From: Camelus ferus
Taxonomy: Eukaryota
Assembly (NCBI RefSeq): GCF_009834535.1
Contig: NC_045697.1
Location: 121,026,001 to 121,090,000 of the forward strand
Direction of reading: 5' to 3'
DNA length: 64,000 bases
Notes under the pieces: generated by a model
Databases searched by the model: none
What the model was told of the DNA's origin: nothing
The model's input: only the letters and a program-made list of their open reading frames with translations
In this document: one piece after another, positions 38,201-52,714 of the stretch
Numbering within the stretch: position 1 is the stretch's first letter
How the letters are laid out: each line of letters opens with the position of its first letter
Position numbers and translations under genes: made by a program

Positions 38201-39620
38201 TCAGAAGTCCAGAACGCGGCGGAGTTTGTGCGGGAGGTTTGGGTCTTCCATCCACGAAGCTACCTGGGGTCACAGGTGTTCCCTGGCAGGGGGAAGTCCG
38301 CTAATTACCTCCAGTGTCCATGGGGATGCACTAGATTCTACCTGAGTTTCCAGCCCAATGCCCGCCTTTCCCCGATAGCTCGCACAAGGAGACACTCGGG
38401 GAAGACACGCGGAGTGTTCCCAGGACGTCCCAAGCGCTGCAGAGAGAGGACGTAACCTCCCCACTCTCAGAATTCCGGAACGCGGCCGACAAGGTGGGAA
38501 AGTTTGGGCCCGACCTCCACGCAGCTGCCTGGTGTCACAGGTGTTCCCTGGCAGGGGGAAGTCCACTAATTAACTCCCCTGTCCAGGGGGAGGCACTAGA
38601 TGCTACCTGCATTTCCAGCCCAACCCCCGAAATTCCCCATCACACCGCACTAGGATACACTCGGGGAAGACACGCGGAGGGCTCCCAGGAGATCACAGGC
38701 GCTGCAGATAGAAGAAGGATCCTCCCCACACTCAGAATTCCAAAACGCGGCCGAGTTATTGGGGGAGGTTTGGGGCCGCCCTTCACGCATCTGCCTCGTG
38801 TCACAGGTGTTCCCTGGAAGGGGGAATGTCCGCTAATTACCTCCCCTGTTCAGTGGGAGGCACTACATGCTACCTGCATTTCCAGCCCTACCCCAACCGT
38901 TCCCCGGCATCCAGCAAGAGGAGACACTCGGGGAAGACATGCGGAGTGCTCCTAGGAGATCCCAGGAGCTGAAGAGAGAGTACAGAACTTCCCCACCCTC
39001 AGAATAACGGAACGCGGACGAGTGTTTTCGGGAGGTTTGGGTCCGACCTCAACGCAGCTGCCTTTTGTCACAGGTGTTCCAAGCCAGGGGGAATTCCGTT
39101 TTACCTCTCCTGTCCAGGGGGATTCCCTAGATGCTACATGCAATTCCAGCACAACACCAGGCTTTAACTGCATCCCACACTAGGAGACATTCGGGGAATA
39201 AACGTGGAGGCTCCAAGGTGATCCCAGGTTCTGCAGAGAGAATACGGAACCTCCCCACACTCAGAATTCCGTAACGCGGCCGAGTGGGTGGGGGAGGTTT
39301 GGGGCCGCCCTCCACGCAGCTGCCTCTTGTCACAGGTGTTCCCTGGCAGGGTAAAGTCCGCTAATTACCTTCCCCGTCCAGGGGGAGGCACTACATGCTA
39401 CCTGGATTTCCAGCCCAACCCCCGCCTTTCCCCGGCTCCCCGCACTAGGATACACTCGGGGAAAGCACGCGGAGGGCTCCTAGGTGATCCCAGGCGCTGC
39501 AGACAGAGTACGGACCTCCCCACACTCAGAAATCCGGAACGCTGCCGAGTAGGTGGGAGAGGTTTGGTTCCGCACTCCACGCAGCTGCCTGGTGTCAAAT
39601 GTGTTCCCTTGCATGGGAAA
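31465..39620 (+). repeat. 22-monomer unit (5807 bp) followed by the start of a sister copy lacking 2 monomers
   Basis: Offsets 5807 (31537/37344, 31928/37735, 32095/37902), then ~5275 (32848/38123, 33853/39127). Confidence 0.85.
31880..36700 (+). repeat. Left copy of a ~5-kb direct segmental repeat (partner at ~52715-57535)
   Basis: Constant ORF offset 20833-20834 (31928/52762, 32848/53681, 34711/55544, 36048/56881), with shared private variants such as CCCAAATCTCAGAATACC, GGTACCAAGG and GGACTAGTGATTTC. Confidence 0.92.
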
Positions 39621-42600
39621 TGTGCTAATTACCTCCCCTGTCCAGGGGGAGGCGCTACATGCTACCTGCCTTTCCAGCACAACACCAGCATTTCCCCGGC
39701 ACACTGCACTAGGATACACTCGGTGAAGACAGGCGGAGGGCTCCTAGGAGATCCCAGGTGCTGCAGATAGAAGAAGGATACTCCCCACCCTCAGAATTCC
39801 AAAACGCGGCCGAGTTATTGGGGGAGGTTTGGGGCCGCCCTTCACGCATCTGCCTCGTGTCACAGGTGTTCCCTGGAAGGGGGAATGTCCGCTAATTACC
39901 TCCCCTGTTCAGTGGGAGGCACTACATGCTACCTGCATTTCCAGCCCTACCCCCACCGTTCCCCGGCATCCAGCAAGAGGAGACACTCGGGGAAGACATG
40001 CGGAGTGCTCCTAGGAGATCCCAGGAGCTGAAGAGACAGTACAGAACTTCCCCACCCTCAGAATAACGGAACGCGGACGAGTGTTTTCGGGAAGTTTGGG
40101 TCCGACCTCAACGCAGCTGCCTTTTGTCACAGGTGTTCCAAGCCAGGGGGAATTCCGTTTTACCTCTCCTGTCCAGGGGGATTCCCTAGATGCTACATGC
40201 AATTCCAGCACAACACCAGGCTTTAACTGCATCCCACACTAGGAGACATTCGGGGAATAAACGTGGAGGCTCCAAGGTGATCCCAGGTGCTGCAGAGAGA
40301 ATACGGAACCTCCCCACACTCAGAATTCCGTAACGCGGGCCGAGTGGGTGGGGGAGGTTTGGGGCCGCCCTCCACGCAGCTGCCTCTTGTCACAGGTGTT
40401 CCCTGGCAGGGTAAAGTCCGCTAATTACCTTCCCCGTCCAGGGGGAGGCACTACATGCTACCTGGATTTCCAGCCCAACCCCCGCCTTTCCCCGGCTCCC
40501 CGCACTAGGATACACTCGGGGAAAGCACGCGGAGGGCTCCTAGGTGATCCCAGGCGCTGCAGACAGAGTACGGACCTCCCCACACTCAGAAATCCGGAAC
40601 GCTGCCGAGTAGGTGGGAGAGGTTTGGTTCCACACTCCACGCAGCTGCCTGGTTTCAAATGTGTTCCCTTGCATGGGAAATGTGCTAATTACCTCCACTA
40701 TCCAGGGGGAGGCACTACATGCTACCTGCTTTTCCATCCCAACCCCCAATTTTCTCCGGCAGCCCGCACTAGCAGACACTGTGGAAGAAAATTGGAGGGC
40801 TCCCGAAGACGGGACCTCCCCACACTCAGAATTCCGGAACGAGTCCGAATGTGTGTGGGAGGTTTGGGGCCGCCCTTCACGCAGCTGCGTGGTGTCACAT
40901 GTGTTCCTTGATGGGAAATCCGCTAATTACCTCCCCTGTCCAGAGGGAGGCACTACATGCTACCTGCATTTCCAGCCCAACCCCCAATTTTCTCAGGCAG
41001 CCCGCACTAGGAGACCCTCTGGGAAGACACGCGGAGGGCGCCTAAGTGATCCCAGTCGCTACAGACAGAGGACGGACCTCACCACACTCAGAATTCCGGA
41101 ACGCGGCCGAGTGGGTCAGGGAGGTTTGGGGCCGAACTCCACGAACCTGCCTAGTGTCACAGGTGTTCCCTGGCAGGTGAAAGTCCGCTAATTATCTCCC
41201 CTGTCCTGGGGGAGGCACTAGATGCTACCTGCGTTTCCAGCCGACCCCCGACTTTCCCTGGAAGCCCGCACAAGGAGACAATCGGGGAAGACACGCGAAT
41301 GGTTCCAAGGACGTCCCAGGCGATGCTGACAGAGGACGGAACCTCCCCACACTCAGAAATCCGGAACGCGGCCGAGTGGGTGGGAAAGTTTTGGGCACGC
41401 CGTCCTCCCAGCTGCCTGGTATCACAGGTGTTCCCTGGCAGGGGAATTCTGCTAATTACCTCCCCAGTCCAGGGGGAGGCACTACATGTTACCTGCTTTT
41501 CCATCACAACCCCCGAATTTCCCGGGCAGCCTGCACTAGGAGACACTCGGGGAAGACACGCGGAGGGCTCCTAGGAGATCTCAGGCGCGGCAGACAGAAG
41601 AAGGACCCCCCCACACTCAGAAATCCGGAACGCGGTCGAGTTGGTTGGGAAAGTTTGGTGCCGCACTCCGCGCATCTGCCTCGTGTCAAATTTGTTCCCT
41701 TTCAGGGGGAATTACGCTAATTACCTCCCCTGTCCAGGGGGAGGCACTAGATGCTACCTGCATTTCCAGAACAACCCCCGCTTTTCCCCGGCTCCCCGAA
41801 CTAGGATACACTCGGGGAAGACACGCGGAGGGCTCCTAGGAGACCCCAGGCGCTGCAGAAAGAAGACCGAACCTCCCCACACTCAGAATTCCGGAACAAG
41901 GCCGAGTGGGTGTGGGAGGTTTGGGGACGCCCTCCACGCAGCTGCTTGTTGTCACAGGTGTTCCCTGGCAGGGGGAATTCCGCTAATTACCTCCCCAGTC
42001 CAGGAGGAGTCACTAGATGCTACCTGCATATCCAGGAATCCCCCGCCTTTCAACGGCTCCCCGTAATAGGAGACACTATGGGAAGGCACGTGGATGGCTC
42101 CCAGGAGATCCCAGCGGCTGGAGACCGAAGACCAAACCTCCCCAAACTCAGAATTCCGGAATGCGGCCGAGTGGGTGGGGGAGGTTTGGGACCAAACCCC
42201 ACGAAGCTGCCTGGTGTTACATGTGTTCTCTGGCATTGGGAAGTCCGCTAAATACCTCCCCTGTCCAGGGGGAGGCGCTACATGCTACCTGCCTTTCCAG
42301 CACAACAGCAGCATTTCCCCGGCACACTGCACTAGGATACACTCGGTGAAGACAGGCGGAGGGCTCCTAGGAGATCCCAGGTGCTGCAGATAGAAGAAGG
42401 ATACTCCCCACACTCAGAATTCCAAAACGCGGCCGAGTTATTGGGGGAGGTTTGGGGCCGCCCTTCACGCATCTGCCTCGTGTCACAGGTGTTCCCTGGA
42501 AGGGGGAATGTCCGCTAATTACCTCCCCTGTTCAGTGGGAGGCACTACATGCTACCTGCATTTCCAGCCCTACCCCCACCGTTCCCCGGCATCCAGCAAG

Positions 42601-45600
42601 AGGAGACACTCGGGGAAGACATGCGGAGTGCTCCTAGGAGATCCCAGGAGCTGAAGAGAGAGTACAGAACTTCCCCACCCTCAGAATAACGGAACGCGGA
42701 CGAGTGTTTTCGGAAGGTTTGGGTCCGACCTCAACGCAGCTGCCTTTTGTCACAGGTGTTCCAAGCCAGGGGGAATTCCGTTTTACCTCTCCTGTCCAGG
42801 GGGATTCCCTAGATGCTACATGCAATTCCAGCACAACACCAGGCTTTAACTGCATCCCACACTAGGAGACATTCGGGGAATAAACGTGGAGGCTCCAAGG
42901 TGATCCCAGGTGCTGCAGAGAGAATACGGAACCTCCCCACACTCAGAAATCCGGAACGCGGTCGAGTTGGTTGGGAAAGTTTGGTGCCGCACTCCGCGCA
43001 TCTGCCTCGTGTCAAAATTGTTCCCTTTCAGGGGGAATTACGCTAATTACCTCCCCTGTCCAGGGGGAGGCACTAGATGCTACCTGCATTTCCAGAACAA
43101 CCCCCGCTTTTCCCCGGCTCCCCGAACTAGGATACACTCGGGGAAGACACGCGGAGGGCTCCTAGGAGACCCCAGGCGCTGCAGAAAGAAGACCGAACCT
43201 CCCCACACTCAGAATTCCGGAACAAGGCCGAGTGGGTGTGGGAGGTTTGGGGACGCCCTCCACGCAGCTGCTTGTTGTCACAGGTGTTCCCTGGCAGGGG
43301 GAATTCCGCTAATTACCTCCCCAGTCCAGGAGGAGTCACTAGATGCTACCTGCATATCCAGGAATCCCCCGCCTTTCAACGGCTCCCCGTAATAGGAGAC
43401 ACTATGGGAAGGCACGTGGATGGCTCCCAGGAGATCCCAGCGGCTGGAGACCGAAGACCAAACCTCCCCAAACTCAGAATTCCGGAATGCGGCCGAGTGG
43501 GTGGGGGAGGTTTGGGACCAAACCCCAGGAAGCTGCCTGGTGTTACATGTGTTCTCTGGCATTGGGAAGTCCGCTAACTTCCTCCCCTGTCCAGGGGGAG
43601 GCGCTACATGCTACCTGCCTTTCCAGCACAACACCAGCATTTCCCCGGCACACTGCACTAGGATACACTCGGTGATGACAGGCGGATGGCTCCTAGGAGA
43701 TCCCAGGTGCTGCAGATAGAAGAAGGATACTCCCCACACTCAAAATTCCAAAACGCGGCCGAGTTATTGGGGGAGGTTTGGGGCCGCCCTTCACGCATCT
43801 GCCTCGTGTCACAGGTGTTCCCTGGAAGGGGGAATGTCCGCTAATTACCTCCCCTGTTCAGTGGGAGGCACTACATGCTACCTGCATTTCCAGCCCTACC
43901 CCCACCGTTCCCCGGCATCCAGCAAGAGGAGACACTCGGGGAAGACATGCGGAGTGCTCCTAGGAGATCCCAGGAGCTGAAGAGAGAGTACAGAACTTCC
44001 CCACCCTCAGAATAACGGAACGCGGACGAGTGTTTTCGGGAGGTTTGGGTCCGACCTCAACGCAGCTGCCTTTTGTCACAGGTGTTCCAAGCCAGGGGGA
44101 ATTCCGTTTTACCTCTCCTGTCCAGGGGGATTCCCTAGATGCTACATGCAATTCCAGCACAACACCAGGCTTTAACTGCATCCCACACTAGGAGACATTC
44201 GGGGAATAAACGTGGAGGCTCCAAGGTGATCCCAGGTGCTGCAGAGAGAATACGGAACCTCCCCACACTCAGAATTCCGTAACGCGGCCGAGTGGGTGGG
44301 GGAGGTTTGGGGCCGCCCTCCACGCAGCTGCCTCTTGTCACAGGTGTTCCCTGGCAGGGTAAAGTCCGCTAATTACCTTCCCCGTCCAGGGGAGGCACTA
44401 CATGCTACCTGGATTTCCAGCCCAACCCCCGCCTTTCCCCGGCTCCCCGCACTAGGATACACTCGGGGAAAGCACGCGGAGGGCTCCTAGGTGATCCCAG
44501 GCACTGCAGACAGAGTACGGACCTCCCCACACTCAGAAATCCGGAACGCTGCCGAGTAGGTGGGAGAGGTTTGGTTCCACACTCCACGCAGCTGCCTGGT
44601 GTCAAATGTGTTCCCTTGCATGGGAAATGTGCTAATTACCTCCACTATCCAGGGGGAGGCACTACATGCTACCTGCTTTTCCATCCCAACCCCCAATTTT
44701 CTCCGGCAGCCCGCACTAGCAGACACTGTGGAAGAAAATTGGGAGGGCTCCCGAAGACGGGACCTCCCCACACTCAGAATTCCGGAACGAGTCCGAATGT
44801 GTGTGGGAGGTTTGGGGCCGCCCTTCACGCAGCTGCGTGGTGTCACATGTGTTCCTTGATGGGAAATCCGCTAATTACCTCCCCTGTCCAGAGGGAGGCA
44901 CTACATGCTACCTGCATTTCCAGCCCAACCCCCAATTTTCTCAGGCAGCCCGCACTAGGAGACCCTCTGGGAAGACACGCGGAGGGCGCCTAATTGATCC
45001 CAGTCGCTACAGACAGAGGACGGACCTCACCACACTCAGAATTCCGGAACGCGCCCGAGTGGGTCAGGGAGGTTTGGGGCCGAACTCCACGAACCTGCCT
45101 AGTGTCACAGGTGTTCCCTGGCAGGTGAAAGTCCGCTAATTACCTCCCCTGTCCTGGGGGAGGCACTAGATGCTACCTGCGTTTCCAGCCGACCCCCGAC
45201 TTTCCCTGGAAGCCCGCACAAGGAGACAATCGGGGAAGACACGCGAATGGTTCCAAGGACGTCCCAGGCGATGCTGACAGAGGACGGAACCTCCCCACAC
45301 TCAGAAATCCGGAACGCGGCCGAGTGGGTGGGAAAGTTTTGGGCACGCCGTCCTCCCAGCTGCCTGGTATCACAGGTGTTCCCTGGCAGGGGAATTCTGC
45401 TAATTACCTCCCCAGTCCAGGGGGAGGCACTACATGTTACCTGCTTTTCCATCACAACCCCCGAATTTCCCGGGCAGCCTGCACTAGGAGACACTCGGGG
45501 AAGACACGCGGAGGGCTCCTAGGAGATCTCAGGCGCTGCAGACAGAAGAAGGACCCCCCCACACTCAGAAATCCGGAACGCGGTCGAGTTGGTTGGGAAA

Positions 45601-48600
45601 GTTTGGTGCCGCACTCCGCGCATCTGCCTCGTGTCAAATTTGTTCCCTTTCAGGGGGAATTACGCTAATTACCTCCCCTGTCCAGGGGGAGGCACTAGAT
45701 GCTACCTGCATTTCCAGAACAACCCCCGCTTTTCCCCGGCTCCCCGAACTAGGATACACTCGGGGAAGACACGCGGAGGGCTCCTAGGAGACCCCAGGCG
45801 CTGCAGAAAGAAGACCGAACCTCCCCACACTCAGAATTCCGGAACAAGGCCGAGTGGGTGTGGGAGGTTTGGGGACGCCCTCCACGCAGCTGCTTGTTGT
45901 CACAGGTGTTCCCTGGCAGGGGGAATTCCGCTAATTACCTCCCCAGTCCAGGAGGAGTCACTAGATGCTACCTGCATATCCAGGAATCCCCCGCCTTTCA
46001 ACGGCTCCCCGTAATAGGAGACACTATGGGAAGGCACGTGGATGGCTCCCAGGAGATCCCAGCGGCTGGAGACCGAAGACCAAACCTCCCCAAACTCAGA
46101 ATTCCGGAATGCGGCCGAGTGGGTGGGGGAGGTTTGGGACCAAACCCCACGAAGCTGCCTGGTGTTACATGTGTTCTCTGGCATTGGGAAGTCCGCTAAA
46201 TACCTCCCCTGTCCAGGGGGAGGCGCTACATGCTACCTGCCTTTCCAGCACAACAGCAGCATTTCCCCGGCACACTGCACTAGGATACACTCGGTGAAGA
46301 CAGGCGGAGGGCTCCTAGGAGATCCCAGGTGCTGCAGATAGAAGAAGGATACTCCCCACACTCAGAATTCCAAAACGCGGCCGAGTTATTGGGGGAGGCT
46401 TGGGGCCGCCCTTCACGCATCTGCCTCGTGTCACAGGTGTTCCCTGGAAGGGGGAATGTCCGCTAATTACCTCCCCTGTTCAGTGGGAGGCACTACATGC
46501 TACCTGCATTTCCAGCCCTACCCCCACCGTTCCCCGGCATCCAGCAAGAGGAGACACTCGGGGAAGACATGCGGAGTGCTCCTAGGAGATCCCAGGAGCT
46601 GAAGAGAGAGTACAGAACTTCCCCACCCTCAGAATAACGGAACGCGGACGAGTGTTTTCGGGAGGTTTGGGTCCGACCTCAACGCAGCTGCCTTTTGTCA
46701 CAGGTGTTCCAAGCCAGGGGGAATTCCGTTTTACCTCTCCTGTCCAGGGGGATTCCCTAGATGCTACATGCAATTCCAGCACAACACCAGGCTTTAACTG
46801 CATCCCACACTAGGAGACATTCGGGGAATAAACGTGGAGGCTCCAAGGTGATCCCAGGTGCTGCAGAGAGAATACGGAACCTCCCCACACTCAGAAATCC
46901 GGAACGCGGTCGAGTTGGTTGGGAAAGTTTGGTGCCGCACTCCGCGCATCTGCCTCGTGTCAAAATTGTTCCCTTTCAGGGGGAATTACGCTAATTACCT
47001 CCCCTGTCCAGGGGGAGGCACTAGATGCTACCTGCATTTCCAGAACAACCCCCGCTTTTCCCCCGGCTCCCCGAACTAGGATACACTCGGGGAAGACACG
47101 CGGAGGGCTCCTAGGAGACCCCAGGCGCTGCAGAAAGAAGACCGAACCTCCCCACACTCAGAATTCCGGAACAAGGCCGAGTGGGTGTGGGAGGTTTGGG
47201 GACGCCCTCCACGCAGCTGCTTGTTGTCACAGGTGTTCCCTGGCAGGGGGAATTCCGCTAATTACCTCCCCAGTCCAGGAGGAGTCACTAGATGCTACCT
47301 GCATATCCAGGAATCCCCCGCCTTTCAACGGCTCCCCGTAATAGGAGACACTATGGGAAGGCACGTGGATGGCTCCCAGGAGATCCCAGCGGCTGGAGGA
47401 CCGAAGACCAAACCTCCCCAAACTCAGAATTCCGGAATGCGGCCGAGTGGGTGGGGGAGGTTTGGGACCAAACCCCAGGAAGCTGCCTGGTGTTACATGT
47501 GTTCTCTGGCATTGGGAAGTCCGCTAACTACCTCCCCTGTCCAGGGGGAGGCGCTACATGCTACCTGCCTTTCCAGCACAACACCAGCATTTCCCCGGCA
47601 CACTGCACTAGGATACACTCGGTGATGACAGGCGGAGGGCTCCTAGGAGATCCCAGGTGCTGCAGATAGAAGAAGGATACTCCCCACACTCAGAATTCCA
47701 AAACGCGGCCGAGTTATTGGGGGAGGTTTGGGGCCGCCCTTCACGCATCTGCCTCGTGTCACAGGTGTTCCCTGGAAGGGGGAATGTCCGCTAATTACCT
47801 CCCCTGTTCAGTGGGAGGCACTACATGCTACCTGCATTTCCAGCCCTACCCCCACCGTTCCCCGGCATCCAGCAAGAGGAGGACACTCGGGGAAGACATG
47901 CGGAGTGCTCCTAGGAGATCCCAGGAGCTGAAGAGACAGTACAGAACTTCCCCACCCTCAGAATAACGGAACGCGGACGAGTGTTTTCGGAGGTTGGGTC
48001 CGACCTCAACGCAGCTGCCTTTTGTCACAGGTGTTCCAAGCCAGGGGGAATTCCGTTTTACCTCTCCTGTCCAGGGGGATTCCCTAGATGCTACATGCAA
48101 TTCCAGCACAACACCAGGCTTTAACTGCATCCCACACTAGGAGACATTCGGGGAATAAACGTGGAGGCTCCAAGGTGATCCCAGGTGCTGCAGAGAGAAT
48201 ACGGAACCTCCCCACACTCAGAATTCCGTAACGCGGCCGAGTGGGTGGGGGAGGTTTGGGGCCGCCCTCCACGCAGCTGCCTCTTGTCACAGGTGTTCCC
48301 TGGCAGGGTAAAGTCCGCTAATTACCTTCCCCGTCCAGGGGGAGGCACTACATGCTACCTGGATTTCCAGCCCAACCCCCGCCTTTCCCCGGCTCCCCGC
48401 ACGAGGATACACTCGGGGAAAGCACGCGGAGGGCTCCTAGGTGATCCCAGGCACTGCAGACAGAGTACGGACCTCCCCACACTCAGAAATCCGGAACGCT
48501 GCCGAGTAGGTGGGAGAGGTTTGGTTCCACACTCCACGCAGCTGCCTGGTGTCAAATGTGTTCCCTTGCATGGGAAATGTGCTAATTACCTCCACTATCC

Positions 48601-51600
48601 AGGGGGAGGCACTACATGCTACCTGCTTTTCCATCCCAACCCCCAATTTTCTCCGGCAGCCCGCACTAGCAGACACTGTGGAAGAAAATTGGAGGGCTCC
48701 CGAAGACGGGACCTCCCCACACTCAGAATTCCGGAACGAGTCCGAATGTGTGTGGGAGGTTTGGGGCCGCCCTTCACGCAGCTGCGTGGTGTCACATGTG
48801 TTCCTTGATGGGAAATCCGCTAATTACCTCCCCTGTCCAGAGGGAGGCACTACATGCTACCTGCATTTCCAGCCCAACCCCCAATTTTCTCAGGCAGCCC
48901 GCACTAGGAGAACCTCTGGGAAGACACGCGGAGGGCGCCTAAGTGATCCCAGTCGCTACAGACAGAGGACGGACCTCACCACACTCAGAATTCTGGAACG
49001 CGGCCGAGTGGGTCAGGGAGGTTTGGGGCCGAACTCCACGAACCTGCCTAGTGTCACAGGTGTTCCCTGGCAGGGGAAAGTCCGCTAATTACCTCCCCTG
49101 TCCGGGGGGAGGCACTAGATGCTACCTGCGTTTCCAGCCGACCCGCGACTTTCCCCGGAAGCCCGCACAAGGAGACAATCGGGGAAGACACGCGAATGGT
49201 TCCAAGGACGTCCCAGGCGATGCTGACAGAGGACGGAACCTCCCCACACTCAGAAATCCGGAACGCGGCCGAGTGGGTGGGAAAGTTTTGGGCACGCCAT
49301 CCTCCCAGCTGCCTGGTATCACAGGTGTTCCCTGGCAGGGGAATTCTGCTAATTACCTCCCCAGTCCAGGAGGAGTCACTAGATGCTACCTGCATATCCA
49401 GGAATCCCCCGCCTTTCAACGGCTCCCCGTAATAGGAGACACTATGGGAAGGCACGTGGATGGCTCCCAGGAGATCCCAGCGGCTGGAGACCGAAGACCA
49501 AACCTCCCCAAACTCAGAATTCCGGAATGCGGCCGAGTGGGTGGGGGAGGTTTGGGACCAAACCCCACGAAGCTGCCTGGTGTTACATGTGTTCTCTGGC
49601 ATTGGGAAGTCCGCTAACTACCTCCCCTGTCCAGGGGGAGGCGCTACATGCTACCTGCCTTTCCAGCACAACAGCAGCATTTCCCCGGCACACTGCACTA
49701 GGATACACTCGGTGAAGACAGGCGGAGGGCTCCTAGGAGATCCCAGGTGCTGCAGATAGAAGAAGGATACTCCCCACACTCAGAATTCCAAAACGCGGCC
49801 GAGTTATTGGGGGAGGTTTGGGGCCGCCCTTCACGCATCTGCCTCGTGTCACAGGTGTTCCCTGGAAGGGGGAATGTCCGCTAATTACCTCCCCTGTTCA
49901 GTGGGAGGCACTACATGCTACCTGCATTTCCAGCCCTACCCCCACCGTTCCCCGGCATCCAGCAAGAGGAGACACTCGGGGAAGACATGCGGAGTGCTCC
50001 TAGGAGATCCCAGGAGCTGAAGAGAGAGTACAGAACTTCCCCACCCTCAGAATAACGGAACGCGGACGAGTGTTTTCGGGAGGTTTGGGTCCGACCTCAA
50101 CGCAGCTGCCTTTTGTCACAGGTGTTCCAAGCCAGGGGGAATTCCGTTTTACCTCTCCTGTCCAGGGGGATTCCCTAGATGCTACATGCAATTCCAGCAC
50201 AACACCAGGCTTTAACTGCATCCCACACTAGGAGACATTCGGGGAATAAACGTGGAGGCTCCAAGGTGATCCCAGGTGCTGCAGAGAGAATACGGAACCT
50301 CCCCACACTCAGAAATCCGGAACGCGGTCGAGTTGGTTGGGAAAGTTTGGTGCCGCACTCCGCGCATCTGCCTCGTGTCCAAATTGTTCCCTTTCAGGGG
50401 GAATTACGCTAATTACCTCCCCTGTCCAGGGGGAGGCACTAGATGCTACCTGCATTTCCAGAACAACCCCCGATTTTCCCCGGCTCCCCGAACTAGGATA
50501 CACTCGGGGAAGACACGCGGAGGGCTCCTAGGAGACCCCAGGCGCTGCAGAAAGAAGACCGAACCTCCCCACACTCAGAATTCCGGAACAAGGCCGAGTG
50601 GGTGTGGGAGGTTTGGGGACGCCCTCCACGCAGCTGCTTGTTGTCACAGGTGTTCCCTGGCAGGGGGAATTCCGCTAATTACCTCCCCAGTCCAGGAGGA
50701 GTCACTAGATGCTACCTGCATATCCAGGAATCCCCCGCCTTTCAACGGCTCCCCGTAATAGGAGACACTATGGGAAGGCACGTGGATGGCTCCCAGGTGA
50801 TCCCAGCGGCTGGAGACCGAAGACCAAACCTCCCCAAACTCAGAATTCCGGAATGCGGCCGAGTGGGTGGGGGAGGTTTGGGACCAAACCCCAGGAAGCT
50901 GCCTGGTGTTACATGTGTTCTCTGGCATTGGGAAGTCCGCTAACTACCTCCCCTGTCCAGGGGGAGGCGCTACATGCTACCTGCCTTTCCAGCACAACAG
51001 CAGCATTTCCCCGGCACACTGCACTAGGATACACTCGGTGAAGACAGGCGGAGGGCTCCTAGGAGATCCCAGGTGCTGCAGATAGAAGAAGGATACTCCC
51101 CACACTCAGAATTCCAAAACGCGGCCGAGTTATTGGGGGAGGTTTGGGGCCGCCCTTCACGCATCTGCCTCGTGTCACAGGTGTTCCCTGGAAGGGGGAA
51201 TGTCCGCTAATTACCTCCCCTGTTCAGTGGGAGGCACTACATGCTACCTGCATTTCCAGCCCTACCCCCACCGTTCCCCGGCATCCAGCAAGAGGAGACA
51301 CTCGGGGAAGACATGCGGAGTGCTCCTAGGAGATCCCAGGAGCTGAAGAGAGAGTACAGAACTTCCCCACCCTCAGAATAACGGAACGCGGACGAGTGTT
51401 TTCGGGAGGTTTGGGTCCGACCTCAACGCAGCTGCCTTTTGTCACAGGTGTTCCAAGCCAGGGGGAATTCCGTTTTACCTCTCCTGTCCAGGGGGATTCC
51501 CTAGATGCTACATGCAATTCCAGCACAACACCAGGCTTTAACTGCATCCCACACAAGGAGACATTCGGGGAATAAACGTGGAGGCTCCAAGGTGATCCCA

Positions 51601-52675
51601 GGTGCTGCAGAGAGAATACGGAACCTCCCCACACTCAGAATTCCGTAACGCGGCCGAGTGGGTGGGGGAGGTTTGGGGCCGCCCTCCACGCAGCTGCCTC
51701 TTGTCACAGGTGTTCCCTGGCAGGGGAATTCTGCTAAATACCTCCCCAGTCCAGGGGGAGGCACTACATGTTACGTGCTTTTCCATCACAACCCCCGAAT
51801 TTCCCGGGCAGCCTGCACTAGGAGACACTCGGGGAAGACACGCGGAGGGCTCCTAGGAGATCTCAGGCGCTGCAGACAGAAGAAGGACCCCCCCACACTC
51901 AGAAATCCGGAACGCGGTCGAGTTGGTTGGGAAAGTTTAGTGCCGCACTCCGCGCATCTGCCTCGTGTCAAAATTGTTCCCTTTCAGGGGGAATTACGCT
52001 AATTACCTCCCCTGTCCAGGGGGAGGCACTAGATGCTACCTGCATTTCCAGAACAACCCCCGCTTTTCCCCGGCTCCCCGAACTAGGATACACTCGGGGA
52101 AGACACGCGGAGGGCTCCTAGGAGACCCCAGGCGCTGCAGAAAGAAGACCGAACCTCCCCACACTCAGAATTCCGGAACAAGGCCGAGTGGGTGTGGGAG
52201 GTTTGGGGACGCCCTCCACGCAGCTGCTTGTTGTCACAGGTGTTCCCTGGCAGGGGGAATTCCGCTAATTACCTCCCCAGTCCAGGAGGAGTCACTAGAT
52301 GCTACCTGCATATCCAGGAATCTCCCGCATTTCAACGGCTCCCCGTAATAGGAGACACTATGGGAAGGCACGTGGATGGCTCCCAGGAGATCCCAGCGGC
52401 TGGAAACCGAAGACCAAACCTCCCCAAACTCAGAATTCCGGAATGCGGCCGAGTGGGTGGGGGAGGTTTGGGACCAAACCCCACGAAGCTGCCTGGTGTT
52501 ACATGTGTTCTCTGGCATTGGGAAGTCCGCTAACTACCTCCCCTGTCCAGGGGGAGGCGCTACATGCTACCTGCCTTTCCAGCACAACACCAGCATTTCC
52601 CCGGCACACTGCACTAGGATACACTCGGTGAAGACAGGCGGAGGGCTCCTAGGAGATCCCAGGTGCTGCAGACAG
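38690..52675 (+). repeat. Young nested HOR expansion: ~3949-bp 15-mer (10-mer + 5-mer) with 4-, 8- and 6-mer truncated variants
   Basis: Marker ORF MGPPFTHLP at 39829, 42452, 43778, 46400, 47728, 49818, 51144 (spacings 2623, 1326, 2622, 1328, 2090, 1326). Other ORFs recur at 3948-3949 (41157/45105/49054). Confidence 0.93.
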
Positions 52676-52714
52676 AGGACGGAACCTCTCTACACTCAGA
52701 ATTCCGGAACGCGC

